DNA of 32,000 bases from Wallemia ichthyophaga EXF-994 (taxonomy: Eukaryota; Fungi; Basidiomycota). The stretch spans positions 120,001 through 152,000 of the forward strand of contig NW_008806289.1 in NCBI RefSeq assembly GCF_000400465.1, given 5' to 3'. Numbering within the stretch: the first letter of the stretch is position 1; each line of letters starts with the position of its first letter. A program made the translations under genes and the position numbers. The notes below the pieces were generated by a model. That model saw nothing but the letters and a program-made list of their open reading frames with translations, was not told the origin of the DNA and searched no databases. Below, piece by piece: positions 11,016 to 20,236 of this stretch.

Positions 11016-12248
11016 ATGTGGAATTGGTTCATGTACAATTGGGCGAGTGAGCGTGACTGGGGCTGTGATCGTATGTACAGTATCTTATTAAAACACCACA
11101 GTCTCAACAAATCGCTCTTGTCGAGCCGATGTACTGCGATGCCGACGCATGGATCGCGGAAGCCAGCCAACGCGCCACCCAGCCTGCTAGCGTGGCTGAG
11201 AGGAGCCAGAAGCCAAAGCCAGGCAGGAACTGGGAAAATCATATTCAGACTGCTTTTCGCCGAGACTGATGTAAAGCGTCGATATGGATTGAAGGAGTAC
11301 ACACTCACGCCACTCCTGAGCAGCGTTCTGGGCGTGGATTTTAAGAGCACATCTCAGTCTAGGCCGAGATGTCTACGACGCTCTGACAAGAATCCCTGTC
11401 ACCACTACTCCCCGCGATATTTCCTTATACAGGGTGGACGAGCTACAAAGCGAATTGGCAGCGCGGTGCATCTGGAGCGGCAAATGCATCAAGAAGTACA
11501 GAAGTAGGCGTACAAAAGAGGACATCCTCCGCGATTTGCTCTGCGGTGTTTCAGCTGAATCTGTGGCTCTAATCACGCAGATTATCTTGAAAGATATAAT
11601 TTTACTCATATACCCACGACCATGAGCAAAATCACTTATCAACTACAATTCCAACGCATAACGAAGCTAAGTCTGCATGACTAAATGGCCGCTTGGCACT
11701 GGTCTATGCCCAAGATATACGCAAATATGGCTGATCTCGATTTATCTGCTGATGCTGTGGAAGATCTGCCAGTGGACGCTTCGCCGTTTAAATATCAACA
11801 TCTCATCCACTCACTTGGAACCCAGCTGGAGGTAGTTTCACTGACCTTGCATTGTCTCACACTCACACACACACAAATACCGAAATGCATCAAAGGCATC
11901 TCCCTTCGACATGCTCTAGACCTTGGTCAAGGCGCAATGCAGCTCGCCGCGGAGACGAAATAAGACGGCGAAAGAATGCAAATTCACGTCTTCGACCGCG
12001 ACAATGTGAAGATCTTCTCCAAATTCATACGAGATAGCACGGCCGACAGATTACTGACCATGTCAATCATCATAGAAGCTTTGGGACTGGTGCGGAAAGT
12101 ATTCCCTCGCGGCTTCCCCGCGGATGAGTTCCACCACGCCCTTCCATCATCGCAAGAAAGGCCCAAGGTCCACGATGCAATACTTGAGGCTGATATGGAT
12201 GCTTTAGACAGGATAATCACTTCACGTAGTCATCATTCTAGTACTTGA
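11016..12248 (+). pseudogene. Disrupted, 3'-truncated ATP-dependent DNA ligase (LigIV-related fungal family); 5' boundary approximate
   Basis: Remnants include GTGKIIFRLLF...RRYGLKE, VDELQSELA, ITQIILKD and AAETK*DGERMQIH (motif I with TAA at 11961-11963), then KIFSK..RDST.DR and ILEADM (motif III). Frameshifts at ~11350 and ~11660, stops at 11623 and 11682, intron 11832-11876 ends in AA, and motifs IIIa-VI are not found. Confidence 0.85.
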
Positions 12249-13411
12249 AGTTAAGATTTGTACATCGCTGTCACAAACTTGAGGTGGAACTTAGATCTCG
12301 TTAAATTAAGTAATAATGAGATTCCGAGGATACGACTGATGTACTTATTTCCTTTATTTTTCTAGAATTACTGAAGTGACCACAAAGGTCTCAGCGAAAT
12401 TCACGATTATCTAAGTACAATCTATCATTTTCGCTAAATGGTATAAGGTTTGGTGTACTTTATCTTGTAAGCTCATAATGCATATCTGTGGCTTCAAATC
12501 TCCAAATCCACTAAGTTTGCGCTTGGATGACAAAGTCAGACTTATTGAGCTTTCTTTCAGAAGCGAGAATGAAAAAATCAGATTTAAAGGTATTTATCTA
12601 TTAATTAAATGACAAGGAATAAATCTATATTATTATCTACAAAATAAAGTAAAATTCAGATCTTCAAGTATTGAATATCGCGATTGCACAATTTTTCTAC
12701 AATTATTGTAAATGTATTTTCACGGTGCACGTAGAGACCATCTAAATGAGATATATATATTCTAATATATTATTATAATTTCCACTTTAGATATCACTTT
12801 TAGTAGAATTGTATGTTCTAATTAAATTTCTCTAAATATTTTTCCATTCTTATATTTCTTATTTATTACATATGTATTTTTTTTTTTTTGCCGTGTCTAA
12901 ACTTTTAAGAAAGGTATTTCAATTTCACGATTTTGAAAGTTGAGTTGACCCCCACTTTTTATTACATCAATCGATAGCGCTATGTTTGGAGATTGCGTTG
13001 GTGATGTATTTCATCCTCTACGGTATGATTGCGTATTGCAGTCGTCGAAGTAGTCGAAAACTTCTTAGCGTTTATCTCTCTCTATTTTGGTGGCTGTTGT
13101 CACTCTGTCCACCACTCAATTCGGTCTGGTTGCAGCATTGAAATCGCGCAGATCATAAATCGAGAAGGAATTCAAGAGCGTGAAAATTGGAAGGGTCCTT
13201 ATCGTCGTCAAGGATCCACAATCGGTTGTTCCTTTAGCCGGATTCAGATTGCTTTGGGACTCCATCAGCCTAGTTTAGGATTGTAGTGAATTAATATTAC
13301 TGTATTAACTCCTGTTTATTGAGCTTCTTGGAAACTTGTATGCACGCTGAAACGCCTACGCAAGCACTCTGGCAGAATTTTTTCTGCCTCCTTTCCCTAG
13401 TGCAAAAACAA

Positions 13412-13510
13412 TGGTAGAACTGGGACTCGAACCCAGGATGCCTGAGGCAGCCGGAAAACTTAAGATAAATTACTTAAGCCGACCCGAATAACCAACTATC
13501 GGATTCTACC
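13412..13510 (-). tRNA. tRNA-Leu(UAA) with 17-nt intron (13456-13472)
   Basis: Acceptor GGTAGAA/TTCTACC plus discriminator A, 3-bp D stem, anticodon stem GTCGG/CCGGC with TAA at 13476-13474, long variable arm TGCC-TCA-GGCA, T arm CTGGG-TTCGAGT-CCCAG. A T5 Pol III terminator lies at 13404-13408. Confidence 0.92.
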
Positions 13511-14787
13511 AGGCGAAAAGCGCGCGGTTTCCCGTCGTACTACTCGGCAATGAAATTTTGAGCGCGTCTGTAAAATATAATCCTTTGAAATTAATGTGTG
13601 CCCATTTCAAGTACCTGTGTGAGCGTTTTAAATTAATTTGGCTCACTCACACTCATATTGACTCGAGTGTGTCGGTGGGAGTGGTTCAATTGGCTCTTCG
13701 GTGTCACATTTGCATTAAAAAATCAAAGTGGCACAAAAACTTTAAAAAGGTCTATCGCAACCTTAATGGCTTTAAATTTGGTGTTTTCGAGTCAGCGCGG
13801 TCCAGGTACTCGCAAGGCGAACAAGGCAAATGAAAGGGATAAATAAGCTTTATTGTCGGATTTCACGATCTCGTAAAAATGCAGCACCTTTGCTTCTCCT
13901 CACACCTAACGATCGCTCAGTCTACAACTCGGCCCTCTCTTACTGATGACCTCAGGAGGACTTTATGAAATAGAAGACGCGTCTTACTATTCAATATAAT
14001 ACATAATGAACCTCATAATGTTATGTTAGACTCGAAGTATATGCAATTGCTCAGCTCACCCTGTAAAGGACGCGAAGACAGGTACATTGTTTACCGCGAA
14101 AGTATACAGTTTAGCAGCATAATCATTTTCATCAAATCGTCAGAGCTTCAAATTTACCTCTCTCTTTCAACCATCCACCCGATATACACCGATTAGACAT
14201 TCCTAAGGATGACACCTCATAGAGACTGGTTGATTGCTACTTCTGATAATCTCAAAATGAAAGGGCTTGATTGGCAGCTCTGGTGGCATGAAAATGATTA
14301 GGCCAATTTCAGGGCCCTTCAGTCCCCACCGTGTCCTGTACGTTTATGGGGAATGTCAATTCAACATTACACCGGAGCATGCAACGGAGCAGATGTAGAT
14401 GGTAACACATGTTTTATTTGATTGTGCCATTCTAAAAGATCGATAGGGACCGTAAACACCCAAACACCACAACTATTCACCCTCCGAGTCGCGTGTCTTG
14501 TTTTACGACGCGTACCCTCCACGTTGTTTGCTGTTGAATTTAGGGGAAAAGTGAGACAATTTCATGCCAAGACAAACCTATGGAAAATAATTCATGTTAA
14601 ATAAAAGTGGTCAGCTCAACACTGTAATTGGGGGGTTTGACTCAACCATGTGCATTACAAAAATGCGAATAGTGAAGGGAAAGGCTTGGTTGAGGTTGCG
14701 CAAGAATTTCAGAATCCGGGAAAGTATTATATACATTTTCAATATCAAGTTTCTAGGAGGCATTCTTACACCGTGACCACAACGAAA

Positions 14788-15713
14788 ATGTCATTCGGAA
14801 CGATTTCACTCAACGACGGCACAACGGCTCCATCACCGTGAGTGAGAAGGAGAGAAGAGAGTAGAGGTCAATGCTGATCCACCACCGTAGCGCCTTCGGC
14901 ACAGGCAGTAAGTGAGGCCACCCATGCATACCGCGCTAAAAGCGGCCAGCGGCGCTGAAAGGGCGAGATGCGAAAGAGCAGGTATTGCAAGCACTCCAGA
15001 ATGGACAGCGACACCTAGACTGTGCGCAGTTCTACGGCAATGAAGGGAGTGTTGGTGAGGCGATAGCCGCGAGTGGATTACCTCGATCATCTTTATACAT
15101 AACAACAAAATATGCCACTGGGGACATCAGCACATCGCTACGCACATCTCTGCAACTTCTCCAGGTGGATTATGTGGATCTGTACCTGCTGCATAGTGTG
15201 AAGTTTGCAGAGGTGCACGGATTATCTAGGAGCTGGGAGGTGATGGAGTCGCTGCAGCGCGATGGTCTGACGCGCTCTATCGGCGTGTCAAATTACAGAG
15301 TGGGCGATTTGGAGATACTTGGACACACAGCACACACCATGCCCGCTGTTAACCAGGTCGAGTTTCACCCGTTTGTCTACAATCAAGCCGCCAAGCTCCA
15401 GCAATACTGCCATGATCACGGTATTGCGCTCGCTAGCTACGCTGGCCTCGCCCCACTTACTAAAACGCGACATGGTGATTTCGACGCTGTGGTTAAGCGC
15501 CTCGCTAGCAAATACGCTATTACTGAGCATGCAGTGCTGTATAATTGGCTGCGCAAGCATGGCGTTTTCGTCGTTACTACTTCCAGTAAGAAGGAAAGAC
15601 TCGAGGAGATGCACTGGCTGGCGAGGGAAATTAGCCATGAGGACAGCGCTGAGCTTGACAGCGTGGGCTCTCAGTACCATCACCGATACTACATGTCATT
15701 CATGGATGAGTGA
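14788..15713 (+). CDS. Aldo-keto reductase, 3 exons
   Basis: MSFGTISLNDG...AFGTGT using introns 14838-14890 and 14908-14949. Catalytic tetrad in LDCAQFYGNE, ITTKY and LYLLHS, plus SIGVSNY and NQVEFHP. Confidence 0.92.
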
Positions 15714-15721
15714 GTGGAGTG

Positions 15722-15775
15722 CAGGAAGAACGGTGATTACAGGAAGCACGGTGACTACAGTAAACACAGTAAACC
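15722..15775. repeat. Short degenerate 18-bp tandem repeat plus a CAGTAAAC pair in the AKR 3' flank
   Basis: caggaagaacggtgatta / caggaagcacggtgacta / cagtaaaca cagtaaac. Confidence 0.6.
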
Positions 15776-15978
15776 CATTGAATAAATACATTACGCCACT
15801 GTTTCAGACTAGTTACAGTAATACTACGCTACGAAAGTTATGCGTTAGTGACTGGGTCGAATGACCAGAAAACCTGTGAAAACTCATTTGAATCAGGTGC
15901 GAGTCTATCATGGTCCAAGGTTTAGAAAGGGATGGTCGTGAGCGGGAAGTGGGAGTGCAGGATGGCTACTCCCCAATC

Positions 15979-16032
15979 TTGTACTAGGGTTTATTTGAAG
16001 AATACTTGTGCTAGGGTTTATTTGAAGAATAG
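15979..16032. repeat. 27-bp tandem duplication containing CTAGGGTTT
   Basis: ttgtactagggtttatttgaagaatac / ttgtgctagggtttatttgaagaatag (2 mismatches). Confidence 0.9.
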
Positions 16033-16262
16033 CGTGCGTATTTCATTCAGCACCAATTCGAGCGAGTGAAAGTGTCAAGCGCGGCATCAGCGTTGAGAAG
16101 GCTGTTAACGAGCGAGTGGGAGTAGTTGTAGTTGATCAAATTGCTGTGGGCTGTAAAGAAGAGAATATAGAAAGAACTGAAATTTATATGCGCGGATGGC
16201 TGGCTGATTGAGTCTGTGAAATGTACTTGAACAGGAACAGTGGTCACCTGGTGTACTAGAGA

Positions 16263-16640
16263 ATGCCGCTGTATAACATTCTGTGTATCGCAGCGCATTA
16301 TCCAGAGATTGTGGGTGTGTTTGGTGGTTTTTGGGTGCGCTGACGCCGTGACGCCGACCAACAGGCACCGATCCGCGAGCTTCTGAAGACAACGAGCTCA
16401 ATCATAAACAACGGCAATGGAGTTATCAGGAGTGTGGATTTCTGGGGCACCCAAACGCTGCCAATGAAGATGAGAAGACATCAGGAGATGCACGACAAGG
16501 GCGATTACATAAACATGCAGTTCATGGGATCGCCTAGAGTGCTCAACAACCTCAACCAACTCCTCAGATTAGATCCGCGAGTCGTTCGATGGCAGACGAT
16601 CAATCAGGGTGCAAAACTGGAGGATGTACTGGGGAAATGA
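16263..16640 (+). CDS. MRP17: Mitochondrial ribosomal protein bS6m, 2 exons
   Basis: MPLYNILCIA...|...GVIRSVDFWGTQTLP...LRLDPRVVRW. Intron at 16311-16364. Confidence 0.88.
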
Positions 16641-16670
16641 ACAACTAAAGAAATGAACAAATGAACAAAA

Positions 16671-17154
16671 CTACTTTCTTATCTTTGAATCCAAGTTGAT
16701 TGTGAATGGTCCGTCGTTTTCGATATTGACGCGCATCATTTCCCCAAATCTGCCGTCTTTGATGAGATCTGGGTGGTGTAGCTGGCTAAGCGTGTTGAGG
16801 AAATGCTGGTAAGCGTCTCGAGCGTCTGAGCTCTTCATGGCTTTGCGGTAGTCCAAGCTGTTGCCTTTGAGGGAGGCATGCAAGGTGAACTGCGAGACGG
16901 AGAGTATTTCGAGGCGGTTGTCTGCCACACATGCGCCGCCGTCGAACAAACGCAATTTGACAAGTTTGTTGGCCATCCATTGAATGTCCTCGTCGCTATC
17001 ATCCACGCTGAGCCCCACGAGAAGACACAAACCACTGTTTATGCTGCTCACCAGTTGCTCGTTCACCGTTACCGACGCTTTGAGAACCTTGAAAACCTTG
17101 AGCATTCCAACTTAGGCGCACGGAGATCCTCACCTTTTGTACCACCACTCTCAT
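16671..17154 (-). CDS. DTD1: D-aminoacyl-tRNA deacylase, 2 exons
   Basis: True start MRVVVQK|VLKASVTV (intron 17088-17133) restores the conserved N-terminus. SQFTL and NDGPFT motifs are present. Confidence 0.93.
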
Positions 17155-17168
17155 CCTGGTTGTGCTGA

Positions 17169-17699
17169 ATGACGCACAACTTACCGCCAATCTCCTCGCT
17201 CGATTTGTTCGATAGGCAGAGAGGCTCCGGCGTGGGCGCGGATAGATCGCCGCCGCCGTCGCTCTTCCAATTCCCAACTGAGCTTCTGCCGTCGTCGTCG
17301 TTCAGGCATCCATACGTGACGAGCTCCCGTTCTGATCCGCTGCTCGGAGGGAAGAAGGCGTTGTCGGATGCCTCTGCGAATATGTCGCCTAATCCATCCT
17401 ATGCATCGTCATATCCATCGTCTAATACATCCTCCAATGCATACACCTCCAGGAAACGACCGCCATCCACCAACTCGGGGGCTGTCAACCAGCGGAACCA
17501 CGTCAAAGCAAAGAATCAGCACAGCAGTATACTCGTGGAGTGCATAGAGTTGCTCCATCAGCGCTGCGATCCACGCACCACGCCCCCTCTACCACCCAAC
17601 TGGCACGAGCGTAATTTGAGGTCCGTCAAGGATAAAGTGGGCGCAGTGAAGGATCTCTATTTGAGTCTTACTGGCGAGCCTTGGGAGCAAGGGGATTGA
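17169..17699 (+). CDS. Hypothetical protein with low-complexity N-terminus and degenerate HLH-like C-terminal region
   Basis: 176-aa ATG-initiated ORF filling the gap between DTD1 and proteasome alpha1, with an LPPISSL start and RKRP basic patch. No family recognised with certainty. Confidence 0.65.
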   Translation: MTHNLPPISSLDLFDRQRGSGVGADRSPPPSLFQFPTELLPSSSFRHPYVTSSRSDPLLGGKKALSDASANMSPNPSYASSYPSSNTSSNAYTSRKRPPSTNSGAVNQRNHVKAKNQHSSILVECIELLHQRCDPRTTPPLPPNWHERNLRSVKDKVGAVKDLYLSLTGEPWEQGD

Positions 17700-17777
17700 T
17701 GGAGTCAAACTCTATGTCTTGGTGACACAAACACACTTGTAATACTATTTATCTCGTCTCACTTTACACCACTCATT

Positions 17778-18515
17778 CTAGTCTTTGTCGGCAATCTTCT
17801 GCAGAATATCCTCCACTTGATCCTCCCCGAGAGTCCTAAACACCTTATCGTGCTTGCTAACGACGCCTATTTCGATTTCGCTTGGTTTAAGATCGGTGCT
17901 GAGGACGCTGCTGAGGGTTTCAACCGCCAGTTCGAGCGATTGTTCATAACCGAGGGTGATATTCTCCACCTTGAATTTCTTCTCGAGGAAGTTGATAGCC
18001 TCTGTCTGTTTAGTGCCTGCGGAAGTTGCTTTGAAGCCAACAAAGTAGCCAGCAGGATCTACCTTGAAGAGCTGAGGCTGATCGAGTTCATCGTCGTGCC
18101 CAACGATCATCATGGCGATACCTAGTGGGCGCATTCCCGCTCTTTGCGTATGTACCTGGTTAATATTGGCTATTCTGCGCGCGAGCTGCTCAGCGGATAT
18201 GTCGTAGCCGTACTTGTACTTGAATTCGGCAGCCTCAGAGCGAGCGCGCATCACTTGCGAGCGGGCGTCGGGCACTATACCAGTCATTACACAGCCAATT
18301 GTGGGCGTTAGGGAGAATAAGTGGGTCACTGTAGACGCATCTAATAGCTTGTCGGGTACTCGCTTCTGGGTGATTACTACACTGGCTTCATCACCGCGCA
18401 CTCCTACAGCCGTTTGGTTTGAACCTGATATCGCCTTGAACGCATACTCTAATTGGTATATTCTGCCTTCTGGACTGAATACTGTGAGGAATCTGTCATA
18501 AGAGGATCTGGACAT
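17778..18515 (-). CDS. SCL1: 20S proteasome subunit alpha1 (alpha type-6)
   Basis: MSRSSYDRFLTVFSPEGRIYQLEYAFKAI, TQRAGMRPLG, KVDPAGYFVGFKATSAGTKQTEA. Confidence 0.93.
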   Translation of the reverse strand: MSRSSYDRFLTVFSPEGRIYQLEYAFKAISGSNQTAVGVRGDEASVVITQKRVPDKLLDASTVTHLFSLTPTIGCVMTGIVPDARSQVMRARSEAAEFKYKYGYDISAEQLARRIANINQVHTQRAGMRPLGIAMMIVGHDDELDQPQLFKVDPAGYFVGFKATSAGTKQTEAINFLEKKFKVENITLGYEQSLELAVETLSSVLSTDLKPSEIEIGVVSKHDKVFRTLGEDQVEDILQKIADKD

Positions 18516-18664
18516 GTTGTTGGAGGTACGTAATCAAAGGATAATTTCAGTAAAACAAAAGAAATTGTTTGAATTGTATAAAGTGCATAAATTCATGTTA
18601 AATCTATCTCGAAGGAATAAAAAATGCGTTTACATTGGTTTATCTGGTTATCTGAAATACAGCA

Positions 18665-20161
18665 CTAGAATGGGAATCCACCGGCAGAAGTGAATCTGGT
18701 TCCACCACCACCGAAAGAGCTATAACCGCCACCCATTCCACCACCACCCATTCCACCACCAAACGCACCAGATGCGAATAAATCAGCCAAGTTTATATCT
18801 GCACCCATTCCACCACTGCTAAATCCACCACCCATGCCACCAACGCCTTCATCAAGATCAAGACCATTGTCATATATGTGTCTTTGTTGTGAATCTGTGA
18901 GTACGCTGTAAGATTCGTTGATCTGTTTGAAATATTCCTCGTCACCACCTTTATCTGGATGGTGAATGAGGGATTGTTTTCTAAATGCCTTTTTCAATTC
19001 AGGATCAGTTGCAGTCTTTTGTACTTGAAGTATTTTGTAGTGATCGACGCGTTTAGATTTTTTGAGTTCCTTTTCAGCGTTACGGACTTCCTTCTCCAAG
19101 CCCTGCTTTTCTTCCATGGTGCAGGTATCGAGAGCAGCTTTAAAGTCGGAGACGCACTCTTCAAACTTTTCTTGAGAGAGGTTTATACGAGCGCGTGTTC
19201 TGAGAGCTTTAGTGTAGTTTGGGTGTAGTTTGAGAGCGTGATCGACGTCAGTAAACGCTTCATCAGATTTATCGGATAATTTGCTGTAAGCAGTGGCGCG
19301 GTTGGATAACAAAACAGCCTTCACTTTACCTTCACCGATTTCGCCTTGATCGCTGCTGAGGGCGTCAAGGGCGGTGGAGTATTGTTGTATAGCTTCAGTA
19401 TAACGTGCGTGTTTGAAAGCCTCATTACCACTCTCCTTACCCCTTTCAACAACGCGTGTACGTTTAAGGAGTGATTTAGCGGGAGAAAAGTCAGGATCAG
19501 ATCTCATTGCAGCTTGCAAGTGAGCGATGGCTTTAGAAAAGTTGGAGTCGAGGAAGAGAACGCGTGCTCGGAGGTAAAGGAGGTCAGGGGAGGCGGGGGA
19601 CATGGAGAGAAGGTCGGACGCAATTCTACCAGCTTCGAGGAGGTCACCTTTGCCGATGAGACATTCAACTTTACCGGCCTTCCATTCGAGAGGGGAATCG
19701 AGGACGTTGCAGCCAGACTCACGCTCAGCCTGGCGCAGGGACATAGAAGCCATAGACCAGTTGTTGTTAGCGCGTTCTTTGTCGTAATTGTGGATGGCGT
19801 TGAGCGTGCGTTGGCATTGTTGGGTGAAGGATACAAGGGAGGGGTCACTCGAGGATTTGTAGTCGGTGAGAATGGCTAATGCCTTTGCTGGCTGGCCCAA
19901 GCTGAGGTAACAGCGTGCAAGTCTGAGCTGGATTTTCAAGGAAGAAGGGGTGGTTGACGTAGCCTCCTCAATGTCATTGATAGCCGATCTGAACTTCTTC
20001 TGAGCCATTAGAGCAGCAGCTCTGTTTGTAAGGAAGGCTTTGTTGGATGGGTTTGCTTGGATGGCGGTGGTGTACAGTGACACAGCCTGATCATAGTCAC
20101 CGCCTTTAAACGCAACATTCCCCTGCTCTTTGAGTTGCTCTGCGTGTGCGTCGTCGCCCAT
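18665..20161 (-). CDS. TPR-repeat DnaJ protein (DNAJC7/Tpr2-like)
   Basis: Multiple TPR repeats (AEQLKEQGNVAFK, KESGNEAFK, LLSNRATAY), a C-terminal J domain with HHPDKGG, and a G/M-rich tail. Confidence 0.92.
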   Translation of the reverse strand: MGDDAHAEQLKEQGNVAFKGGDYDQAVSLYTTAIQANPSNKAFLTNRAAALMAQKKFRSAINDIEEATSTTPSSLKIQLRLARCYLSLGQPAKALAILTDYKSSSDPSLVSFTQQCQRTLNAIHNYDKERANNNWSMASMSLRQAERESGCNVLDSPLEWKAGKVECLIGKGDLLEAGRIASDLLSMSPASPDLLYLRARVLFLDSNFSKAIAHLQAAMRSDPDFSPAKSLLKRTRVVERGKESGNEAFKHARYTEAIQQYSTALDALSSDQGEIGEGKVKAVLLSNRATAYSKLSDKSDEAFTDVDHALKLHPNYTKALRTRARINLSQEKFEECVSDFKAALDTCTMEEKQGLEKEVRNAEKELKKSKRVDHYKILQVQKTATDPELKKAFRKQSLIHHPDKGGDEEYFKQINESYSVLTDSQQRHIYDNGLDLDEGVGGMGGGFSSGGMGADINLADLFASGAFGGGMGGGGMGGGYSSFGGGGTRFTSAGGFPF

Positions 20162-20236
20162 TTAAAAACCTTGAATCCTTGGTTCAAGAAGACAGCCATC
20201 ATTGGAATATCAAGGAATAATTAAAATTTATCTAAA

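Noticed and set aside
11961-11963. Stop-codon readthrough or recoding as a way to keep the ligase active
   Set aside because: Several independent stops, frameshifts, a mutated acceptor and 3' truncation co-occur, so decay is far more parsimonious.
13456-13478. CTTAAG repeated in the tRNA anticodon loop and intron, suggesting alternative anticodons
   Set aside because: CTTAAG is palindromic, so this is ordinary anticodon-intron pairing, and either copy gives TAA. No UCA anticodon, so it is not tRNA-Sec.
13540-13840. Hairpin-rich stretch considered as SRP RNA, snRNA or RNase MRP
   Set aside because: I could not match the SRP helix-8, Sm-site/snRNA or P4 consensus by eye. An Infernal scan would be needed.
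16047-16361. 104-aa minus-strand ORF ending in Cys, considered as a pheromone precursor
   Set aside because: It ends NWC* rather than a CaaX box, overlaps MRP17 antisense, and shows no family signal.
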